DNA from: Marsupella aquatica
Taxonomy: Eukaryota > Plantae > Marchantiophyta
Direction: 5' to 3'
DNA length: 64,000 bases
Assembly: GCA_973895155.1 (NCBI GenBank)
Contig: OZ316893.1
Coordinates: 25,904,798-25,968,797, forward strand
The stretch's first letter is position 1. Each line of letters starts with the position of its first letter. The notes below the pieces were generated by a model. It did no database searches and had not been told where the DNA came from. It saw nothing but the letters and a program-made list of their open reading frames with translations. The position numbers and the translations under genes were made by a program. Below are positions 53,900-64,000 of this stretch, one piece after another.

Positions 53900-54290
53900 C
53901 CAATGAGTCTTAGATTGACAAATTTTGTCAAGTTCCACCTGAGTTTTTGAATTTCTCTGCCTTTCCAATGAGTGTGACAATAAGAAATTTTGATCATGAG
54001 TTCATGAATTCTTTTAGCTTTCCAACATTGACAAATTTCATGTCAGATTTTGTCACGGTACTAAAGAGATCATGAGATTTTCAATCTCTCTAGCTTTCTA
54101 AAGTGTGACATTGAGAGTATTTGTCAAGAATTAGAGAGATCATGAGTGTCCGAATTTCTCTAGCTTTCCAATGAATGTGACATTGAGATATTTTATCGAG
54201 ATAGTACTAAAGAGATCATGAGTTTCTTGATCTTGAGCTTTCCAATGAATCAAACATTGACAGATTTCATCAAGTACTAAGGAGATTGAT
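53900..54290. repeat. Degenerate tandem array of ~60-75-bp units
   Basis: Recurrent GAGATCATGAG...TCTCTAGCTTTCCAA(TGA)..GTGACATTGA..ATTT.GTCA, about 5-6 copies. Confidence 0.75.
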
Positions 54291-57200
54291 TATTATTTAG
54301 TTTTACAATGTGGAGTCAAAAGAGTTCTAACTATATACATTTCTATCAATTGGTTATTTTTTAATACTTGCAAACAATTAAAAAATACAAGCATTTTGAT
54401 GTAAAACACTGATATATCATTGACGAATGGTAACTTTATTTTACCAAATGACACCTCTTCCTTTGTACTTTGGTTTTTTTACTCTTAATATTTACGGCAT
54501 GGTGCCCCAAAAATTACGTTGCTTTTGCCACAAACACGAATGTGTGCTTTTGTTACTGTCAAAATAGGATCTGTCCTGTTTGTGGCTGGTTTTGGTGATG
54601 TGGCGCAACCTCATGGCAGGGAATTTGTCAAGGACCTCTCATGGGGGTCCGTAAAGAAAAACATGAGGAGAACTTAAGAGGCTATGCATTCATGTGCTTC
54701 AGCATCATTTCTCTCACTCGTGGTGGTGGAGCCTTTGGTTTCATCTCTAACTAAACACATACTGTGAAAGGGGGCTGCCAAAATAAGTTCAAAACACTAT
54801 AGAATACCTAAAACTAAAGGGGTCTAAAAATTAATTAAAAATGTGTAGAATACAAAGGCTGCCCCTTGATAAGGCAGATTGAATTGAAAATACATGACAC
54901 AAAAATCTGAATAAGAAAAAATCTGAAATGTGCATTCACCATAGAGCAACCTTCCCATACAGTTTTTGCTTTCCACAACCCAGGCATGGTTTAACTCAAA
55001 GTCAACATGGTGACAAAAACTTGCTTTTAATTTAGTTTTTGGGTGAAAAAAGTTCAATTGAAGTGACAGGGGCCTGAAAATGGCCAACAGAGATAAATGC
55101 TTGATTGACTTCCAAACCAAAATTTTATCCCCAACCACCCTCATGAGGTTTTGGGTAATTTGATTTAAGGTCTATGAACAGTCTGGATCACTCATGGGGT
55201 CCATCAAGTAACACTTTTCATTTTAGGGGTCCATCAAGACTACACCTCAGAAATAGTCCCAGAACATAATGTTAGCAACCTTATGGTAGAAAACAGCACA
55301 GAACTTATGTAAAACCATATTGTTAAGCCTATTGTAACCCACTTAGGAGTTTGGTCACGGGCCTGGTCATACCAGTAGAATGAGAGCCAGACTGCTGCCC
55401 CGACCAACCAGAGCCACCTGACCTCCCTCGATGATAGTCCTAGCTGCCCTGCTTGTTCTTAGGGAGCATGACCAAATCAAAGGAGACGAAGGATATGCAC
55501 TTAACATGCATAAAGCATGGTCATTTGTATCAGAAGATAAGATCAGACTAACCCATGTATCATTTGTATGCAACTAGTAAAGTACTCTAAAGGTGAGTAC
55601 ATGGATATGCATGACTCAAAAGGCTGTGTCCCCAACGACGTAATTGCACATCGGGTTGCACATCAAAATCCACACTCAGTGATTTAATAAACAGAATATA
55701 TGCTATCATGGTATGGAGGGGGGTATGGAGTGATATTGTACACTGTATATTGTCATATTTTGATGTGCGATTACCAAGATGCATAAATTTATGCATATCC
55801 ATGTACTCAGCACTAGTGTATCTTTTCAGTGTGGCCAAGGTCACCTTGCTGCACAAGGAAAAATAGAATATTCCTCACTCAATTTTCCTAGATTAATTTC
55901 TCAGTCAGGTGTCTTTACATTTAAAGGATGATGGTGGGATCTTTAGTCAGTTGCTGCACAGCTGTATTCTTGCTTGAAATTTGCATAATTATAACCTTGC
56001 ATCACATTACAAATGTTTCAAAGATCTTCAATTCCTTTGGACAAGGTGAGCAAGATCAAGGAGAGAAGACTTACTATAAACCAAAGTTGTGAGCCATTTG
56101 TTGACAATTTCAACCCAAACACTGGTCCAGCTGATGCCAATACTCCACCTGATCACAGTAGGGCGCTTCTGAACAAGTTAACGATCCAGGTAGCAATTAT
56201 GGTCAGTTCTCTTAGTTTACATTTAAGAATGAATGTTATATTGTGGCTAATGGAGTCTCTGGCTAGGTGCAAAACTGAAATTTTTAGGTCCTTTCTAATT
56301 TTGGGGGTAACAGATGTTATCTTGAAGGAGGAGGTACCAATAACATTCTCTGTTACTTAATTTTTTTTGGATTTATTCTTGAGTATAGCCCGCCCTAGAT
56401 GCATGTAAGGAGAGCTCTCACATTGCAGCTGCTAATAGGCAGTATGACTTGGCCGGTGAGAGATTACAGTAGCTCATGGGGCCCAAAATTTCTTGTAAAT
56501 CTTTGCCAAAAGTAACAAAGGTTTGTAAATGGTCTCGTACACAAGGTCGCATTTGCAACCTTGGCAAAAAGAGGAACCTTAAAAATTACCCGAATCTTGA
56601 CATCTAATATAAGAGCTGCCAAAGGATCATGACCTTTTCCGAAGAGAATAATACTCTATCTTGGAAAGTACTCTAGCCCAGGGCATCTTTCCATTCAGTG
56701 CCAGCAGAATCTTTCAACAATCTGAAAGATTCCCAGGGATTGGAGTGGAAAGATGCGACGAGCTGGAGTTTTCTTACATTTTTCCATTCCAATCCCTAGG
56801 AATCTTTCAGCAAATTGATTATTTCCAACCTGTAATATGGCCAAATAGGAGAGAACTTGGGAATCTTTTGGATTTTTTTGACAGGACGCGTGCTTATAAT
56901 AGTGGGAGAAACGAATTCACACAACGAAACGAAAAGCACCCCATCAGAAGGGAATAAAGTGCACCAAGAACGCTTTCTGTTTGGCGTGGGTGAGGTGGTC
57001 TGGATGTTTCTTGGTGTGATGATAGCAAAATTTGGATTGAATGTTTTTGTTTTTAGTTCATTTGAGTGAATCAAAGGCTGTTTTTGTTTGGTTTTTTCGG
57101 GACTAAGCAAGTCTTGTTGGCGTCTTTTCTGAAGGAATCAATATTGGAAAGGTGGGATTTGATTAACTTCATGATTTGTAAGTTCCAGGGACTAAGATTT

Positions 57201-57709
57201 TGGGAATCTCTAGACTGATTTGTCACAAAGAATAGGTTAAATTGAAAAAAACAAAGTTGGGCCGAACTGACTAAAGCATTGTCCCATTGGGGCTTTATTT
57301 GCATTTGGCTGCCCAGCTTCAAAGTTTTTGGTGGAAATCTTGACTGCCTTTGGACACAGGAAGAGAATCTTTGGCAAGAGATTTTACTCTTAGTTGAACC
57401 CAACAAAGCAAGTCACTGAATTTCTAAGATGGATCCCTTTGAATAAGAACAGATTGCTCCTGTTCCGCTCCTGTCCTGTGGACTATGTCTCAAGGTTTTT
57501 TTTTTGTTTGCCTTGAAATCGAAAGCAGGCCCATCTAACAGAGGATAGACATGATCTGGAACATGCAGTTCTATGTAGGGCAGCCACAAGGGGACGATAC
57601 CCAAAGATCCAACATGGCCCCAGACCAGGAGGGAGATAGGATTAAACCATAACCCCAAAATGGTCAGCCAGGGGCTGAGGGGATAATCAATAGTCCCATA
57701 ACTACACCT

Positions 57710-57832
57710 CACCCACACACACACACACACATACCCTCCACACCCCTTGCGTGTGGAGGGAGGATTGAACCTGGGACCTCTGGGTTCTAGGCTAATCCTC
57801 TGGCAAACTGACCAAAGCCAGTCTCAAGGGCC
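57710..57832 (-). mobile_element. Candidate tRNA-derived SINE head with hairpin and (TG)n tract
   Basis: Minus strand ...AGAACCCAGAGGTCCCAGGTTCAATCCT (T-arm/B-box-like), then a perfect 10-bp stem CCCTCCACAC/GTGTGGAGGG (57734-57760), then (TG)n; no complete cloverleaf. Confidence 0.4.
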
Positions 57833-58617
57833 TCTTGCATAAATATTTTAGGAGAGATTTTATATTTATTTTTTGGTGAAAATGGGATGGCCCAAAATGG
57901 AAGGCAGAGAGAGACTGCCCAAAATGGAAGGCAGATCCCAAAGGGAACATAGACATTTGCCTGAGAGGTGGAGGCAAATAGGAGAAAGCCAATGGGGGCA
58001 GAAAGAAGGTTCACACTTAGAGAAAAGAGATGGGTCTCAACCAAACTAACTGCCAAAAAGATTGGTGGTAGAGGAGGGGGGAAGGAGGGACCCCAGAGGA
58101 CATACTACCGTCTACAAACCATAAACCAAGGACATGCATGCATCCAAGAGCAGCAAACAAAGAAGGTATCTACTTGGAACTGAGAGGGAATCATCAGAGC
58201 TCCATCCACCACAGTCTGCCATAATCCCAAATGGTTTGTCTCATTCTTCAATTACCCCATACGCAAAAAAAGATGTCAATATACCTCCACACGATCCCAA
58301 TATCTCCAGCATCATAATCCTGCCCATTAACTGCAGTATACAGCCGAATATCCAACCATTTTGCTGAGTGGGAAACCATCCCATGATCAGAATCACCTGT
58401 CCACCGATTCCCAAACTGGAGCGAATATTCACAGAGGGCCATAGTCTATTTCCCTTACAGATCAAATGGAATATGCCATTGCCTGAGTTTCCATTGGCAT
58501 CTGTGTGTTATAAAGAGAAAGGGAGTTCTCCACCCAGAGGGAGGACCAAAGAGGATAGCAGAATCCTCCAATAGAATCCATAAAAAAGGCACAGTACTCT
58601 GAAGAGATATTTTGAGG

Positions 58618-58935
58618 GGAGGTTGTTAACTTTATCAGTTATCAGTCATCCAAACATTGATTCAGCGGTAAGCGTTTTTTTTTCTCTCTGTGGCGGCGAG
58701 GTTGCTAACTTTATCAGTTATCAGTCATCCAAACATCAAATTCAGTGGTCAGCATTTTTTTTGTTCTCTCGGTGACGACGAGGTTGCTAACTTTATCAGT
58801 TATCAGTCATCCAAACACCAAATTCAGTGGTCAGCCATTTTTTTTATTCTATCGGTGACGAGGAGGTTGCTAACTTTATCAGTTATCAGTCATCCAAACA
58901 TCAAATCAGTGGTCAGTGGTCAGTGTTTTTTCTCT
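58618..58935. repeat. Four-copy ~81-bp tandem array
   Basis: GAGGTTGCTAACTTTATCAGTTATCAGTCATCCAAACA..AATTCAGTGGTCAGC.TTTTTT repeated at ~58619, 58699, 58781, 58864. Confidence 0.92.
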
Positions 58936-60134
58936 CACTGACCATGCTGAGTTGGAAATTTGTTCACTTGGGTAACCTTGCTCACTGACTTTTTCAACTC
59001 CACAGCCCCTTTAAGTAGGAAAGTTCCACACATAATTGATAGGAACAAGTGATAACTTATATAGGTGATTGATAACTAATGTACTGCAGTTACTCCTTAG
59101 GTAAGAGTTGCTTCCACTCTCCTGTCCTTTTGAAATGTGTCTCAAGTGCGTAGTGGGTGAAGTTTTAGGACAGATCCATTGAGATTTTAACTCTTGCCTA
59201 GTTTCCTTTCTTTTTTTCCTCTCAACTACACCTCCAAGCCATCCCAATGCAATGCTACCCATTAAATTTAGTGCTGCAATTTTAAAGGACACACCTGTGG
59301 GCACACAAAGTACACTTTTTTAAAAAGGTGGTAGGACAAAAAAGTATTTTGTTCCCTTCTCACGTGCGTCAAAATCATGTGTGACAAAATATAGACCCAT
59401 TTAAATGGGTGTGATAGAATATTTCCAAAGTTTTATGGACTAACAAATAGGACATGCTTTAAAAATAAATAGGCTCATTTAATTATAGAAAATACTTTCT
59501 TTAACATTTTTAGGGGACTTTTAGGATTAAAAATGACAAAAATTAAAGAAAGAAAGAAAGTGTGTCGCAAAAAAAAATCTCTCTTCTAAGTTAGTGGGGT
59601 CAAACATTAACACGTCACACCCAATGTATGACACTCCATATAGTGACCCCCCCCTCCATTCTTTGAAAGTGAATAGAGGAGAGTAATAGAGGAGAGAACA
59701 ATAAAAGTGTCTAACAAGATATATTTATTATTCACATTCTTTGAATTAATGAAATGATAAAGAAAACATCATGCTTCGGCCCCATAAATTTAACAATCAT
59801 ACATATCATAAGATCATTCTTTCTATGGACTTATATTTTAGTGGGGCCCTAGAGTCACCTTCTAGAGGCTTCTCTCTAGAAACCTAAACCTAAACCCCAA
59901 CTCTAGTTTATCTTCATGCGCTTTATTCATAAGATTAGGAGAGGCTTAGCTCTAGAAGTCTAAACCTCAACTCTAGCTTAGCTTCCCTTCACGCGCTTTT
60001 ACACATAAGATTAGGAAGCACGTGGGAGTGCTTCACCATACACGATTTGGCCTCTACAATACATAGCCTATCCCATATCCTTGGGAGTGCTTTAATTACC
60101 ACACACGATTTGGCCTCTACAGTATCTACATAGC

Positions 60135-61345
60135 CTATCCCACATCCTTGTGAGGGATTTCAGTATCCACTAGTTCCAGGTCCGTGTCTTTCTTCCTGTC
60201 AATTGGATGTAAGTGATGGACATGCTTGCCCATATCGTTTGATGGAGTTTGTCTATCACACAACAGCTCCAGGTCTGAGCCTTTCACACTGCCAATTGGA
60301 CGTAAGTGACGGACAGGCATCCCATATCGTTTGAGGGAGCTCCCTATTAATCCAGTAGTTCACTTTTGGTGTCTGTCATGCTGTCGATTCGATGTAAGTG
60401 ACAGACATGCATGCCATTCCTTTGATGGATTTCCCTTTCGAGTAGTTCGAGGTCTGCGTCTTTCATACTTCTGCCCTTTCCCCCTCTTTTCCTCCCCTTC
60501 ATTGGGTTGCTTTGCCTTTTCTCCCGGTTCGGCGTTTTCTGCCCTTGGGCCCTGGACATGCAATTCATATCCTTTTGATGGATTTCCCTATCAGTACTTC
60601 CAGGTCTGTGTCTTTCATACTGTCAATTGAAAGTAAATACGCTACTTAGGGACACGCCACTCATATCCTTCTGATGGATTCCCCTAGCTATTCAGTAGTT
60701 CGAGGTCTGTGCCTTTCATACTGACAATTGAATGTAAGTGACAGACACGCATCCCATATCTTTTTTCATACTGACAATTGGATGTAAGTGACAGACACGC
60801 AACCCATATCTTTTCGATGGGTTTTCCTATCCAGTAGTTCGAGGTATGTGTCTTTCATACCGTCAATTGGATGTAAGTGACGGACATGCGTCCCATACGG
60901 TTTGATGGATTCCCTTAATCAGTGGTAAGTTCCACGTTTGTCTTTCATACTGTCAATTGGATGTAAGTGACAGACACGCATCCCATATCTTTTTGATGGG
61001 TTTCCCTATGCAGCAGTTCGAGGTCTGTGTGACATGCATCCCATATATATCTTTTCGATGGATTTCCCAATCCAGTATTCGAGATCTGTGTCTTTCATAC
61101 TGTCAATTGGATGTAAGTGACAGACTGCATCATTCCCATATCTTTGTGATGGATTTCCCTATCCAGTAGTTCAAGCTCCGTGTCTGTCACACTGTCAATT
61201 CGATGTAAGTGACAGACATGCATCCCTTATCCCTTTTATGGAATTCCGTGTCACACAGGAGTTCGAGTTCTGTCTTCAATATAGCAGGTGGCGAAACACG
61301 ACGGCTTTCTTGTCTTTCATACTGTCGATTCGGTGTAAGTGACAG
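60135..61345. repeat. Tandem array of ~90-bp units (about 10-12 copies, some partial)
   Basis: Consensus GTCTTTCATACTGTCAATTGGATGTAAGTGACAGACACGCATCCCATATCTTTTGATGGATTTCCCTATCCAGTAGTTCGAGGTCTGT; GTAAGTGA anchors at 60209, 60302, 60394, 60734, 60784, 60873, 60963, 61113, 61205, 61335. Confidence 0.92.
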
Positions 61346-62254
61346 AAGTAGCACGAGGAGTCCGAAGCCACTCCTGCAATTTAATCAAGCGATGCGCTGG
61401 CCACTCGATGATGGGCTCGTGCGGTTTAGGCTCTCTGGGCCAATTATGATGCCAAGAAGAACGATTCTGTAAACTTTGTGCCAGCTCTTTTTTGCACGCT
61501 TGTTTGGCATGCAGTGTAATGTTCTGTTTCTTTTCTTGGCCTGTGCATGGTCAAGCGATCTCTTTCTGTTCTTGACCAGTGCCTGTTAAAAGTTTTCGGT
61601 GATCTCTGTCCGTTCTTGAACAGCGAGATAGTACGTGGTCTGATTGAATTGTACAACTTTCGATCTTGCTGTAGAGTGGCAGTATGTTACGTGATTCGTA
61701 AGTCCCACTAATAAATCGATTTCTGCATGTTACACAGCGAACGCCAATTCTAGGTGAAGGTGACTTGAGTGAAATTTGAAAAACATAAAGGACGGGGAAG
61801 TGAGAGACTGCAGCTCTGAAGAATTCATTATTAACACTAGCTGCTGAACAACACCAATCATGGGCATATAACAAATCTGTAATGTGGGTTTGCCTGGCAG
61901 AAGCAAACGTTAATGGTCAATGATAAATCTATATTGTGGGCTCCTATATTCCTACGGTAATCGAGCAATATGTTGAACTGGACTAGTTGCGCTCTCATGC
62001 AACGACACACGCGTGAGAGACTGTCCTAGACTGCATTCTCCTTTGAACCTTACCGAGCTATATAGTTTATAGTTGCCCAGAAGGAGAGCGAAAAAATGAC
62101 AAATGAAGTTCTCTTTCTGAGCAGCGAATTTTGCAAGTGTCATTTCGTCGTTGATTTGATGACACGAGAACCGCTCCGTTAGGAACTGCTGGGCAAACAA
62201 ATCTCTGTGCCTTTTGAAGGGAATCCCGGCCGATTCGACAACCAATCCTTGAAC

Positions 62255-63926
62255 TCACCACTGAAGCTCGTCAGGAAAATACTGCAACAGCAAACGCCAA
62301 TTGCTATATCAGTTAGTTATGTCTCCGACACAGTTACCCAGCTGAAGAGGTGCAGGAAGTTAAATCAATTTCACACGTCTATCTATCTTGCAAACTTGTT
62401 GGTCAGCACGCCGGAACAAGATTTAAGACTCCCCACAAGCGCTTACTTCCCGGCTTATTTTTCAACGCTGCTCATAACACATCAGGGACTGCCTTTTGTT
62501 CTCAGCGGAGCGACATGATTCTACCGACAGAGGAAAGATGGAAAGAGAGGTATACAGTGATATTTTTTACCTTATCAATGAGAGCCTTATAGTAAGGCTT
62601 GACTTTCTCAACGTCAACCCGGACCTTGCTTTTGGAGTAGAGATCGAACTTGCTGGCGAATCAACGATGGATACATTAAACAATCAGTATTGTCCAAAGA
62701 ATCCTCTTTCCAGTGGCACGGTCAATTATATCAATCTCTACGCTAGAAGCCTAATAAGAGAAATGCCAGTCCGTTCGTGAGGATTCTTACGAGAATCAAT
62801 ATTTTGACAATACCTTTTGTGGTCTCTTTTGGACCGAGTTCATACTCACTTGAACTCAAGGAGCCAGGGAAGCATCTCTCGATCAAAGTCATTCATGAGA
62901 TGAGAATAAGCCCCGGCGCGGTGAAGCGCTGTCGTTTGCACATTCAACGGCACTCTATCAGTACTATAGGGAAGGTTGTAACCTCAGCAATTGCATAATG
63001 ACTCAAGGCGTTTCCACTTACGGACCTACTTACGGACCTACTTGATACTTTCTCTGCTGACGGGTAGAAATGCTCTACAGTAGCTCATTTCTGCTAAATG
63101 CAGCTAAAGGAGAGTGCCTACAAAATCCTCGGACAGATATCGAGCGCATGATTGTCATCAAAGCTCCCTCTGGCCGACTTTACAGCTTATTGGTTGGAAA
63201 CGGCACTCACCGTAAAATGAATGGTACCGAATAACAAACATAGCTTGTGGAGGCAGAGTACTCTTGTTCTGCTTCAGCACCTGCAAACATTGGATTACAA
63301 GCCCGATTACAAGTTATGGAGCCTGCCGGACGCTAATGTTCCATCATTTCGCTCTTGGTGTCCGAATACGTCAAAGGTCTCTGTGCCCTGGGGCGCAACC
63401 TACAAATGTGACTGCAATTTTAGCGCTGAATTCCTTGTATGAACAGAGTGCTTTGATGATTCAGCTTTTAGGACTCCCAGTAACATCGAAATATTGCCAG
63501 TTTTTGCATCAATTTGTCGATAAGCGTAGGAGGCGCAACGCAAGGAAAGTTTTCATCCAATGATGAAAGGATTGCGTAGCAACAATGCCTAATTGAAGGT
63601 GGGTTGGGCATGTGAATACCTGGTACAGGAACTCATCATGTCCCCAAGACATTGCAACCTTGTCCAGTCCACATCCTTCCTCATATATGCCATTTTTGGA
63701 GGAGAATCTCTCGTTCTTTGTATCAACGTTGTCTACGAAGAACTGCAGACGAAAGAAGCTCACCTTGGAGTACCTCCTTTTTCCCGTTAATGAGACTGAC
63801 TATTCTGGAACGAAAGGAGCGTCGTAGAAAATTCTACGTCCTGTACTTTTATAGACGAAAGGGATTACAATACCTCGTGATGCACAATGGCTTCATCAAA
63901 GGCACAGCCGACGGGGTACGTGTCTC
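62255..63926 (-). CDS. MIOX: Myo-inositol oxygenase, 3' part; 5' exons lie beyond the window end
   Basis: Exons 63926-63874, 63742-63620, 63280-63211, 62928-62850, 62652-62571, 62281-62255 (GT-AG) give GDTYPVGCAFDEAIVHHE-FFVDN...GIYEEGCGLDKVAMSWGHDEFLYQ-VLKQNKSTLPPQAMFVIRYHSFY-ALHRAGAYSHLMN...LEFN-KFDLYSKSKVRVDVEKVKPYYKALIDK-YFPDELQW*. Confidence 0.96.
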
Positions 63927-64000
63927 CTGCAAGAACATACCACGTAAAATATTAGCATTCCCGAGGAACGCGAATCGAGGATCCCAACAACCAATCGAAA

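Noticed and set aside
58618-58935. CRISPR-like array
   Set aside because: Whole units are homologous; ordinary minisatellite
60135-61345. CRISPR-like array or repeat-peptide gene (minus-strand HVCHLHPIDSMKDTDLELLDREIH repeats)
   Set aside because: Inter-core sequences are homologous rather than unique spacers, there are no cas genes and the context is eukaryotic. Unit lengths (93, 92, 89, 90, 92) break the frame, so the peptide repeat is a by-product.

Overview
Eukaryotic plant nuclear DNA with GT-AG spliced genes; gene style and long GA/GT-rich leaders suggest a bryophyte, probably a liverwort (inference). Six protein genes could be assembled by hand from splice sites: the 3' part of an ARMC7-like armadillo gene (+), RPS29 (-), SWC5/CFDP1 BCNT-domain gene (+), Rab geranylgeranyltransferase alpha (+), an OXS3-family gene (+) and the 3' part of myo-inositol oxygenase (-). 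The most structured accessory region is 15.9-23.9 kb. It holds a Helitron-like element with an internal tandem duplication and a frameshifted triple zinc-finger ORF. Two elements have inserted into it: (i) a young 3.6-kb non-coding LTR retroelement (156-bp LTRs with 1 mismatch, CTTTG TSD, primer site matching the anticodon arm of tRNA-Ile, Bianca-like features) and (ii) a 287-bp TIR element with an 8-bp TSD. Other observations are two clusters of SBP/SPL-type CCGTAC sites upstream of the OXS3-like gene, a ~90-bp hairpin-bearing tandem array downstream of MIOX, a duplicated RPS29 terminal exon, a tRNA-like SINE candidate and several LINE-like remnants. No CRISPR, rRNA or intact tRNA was found. 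All alignments and counts were done by eye; nothing was searched.
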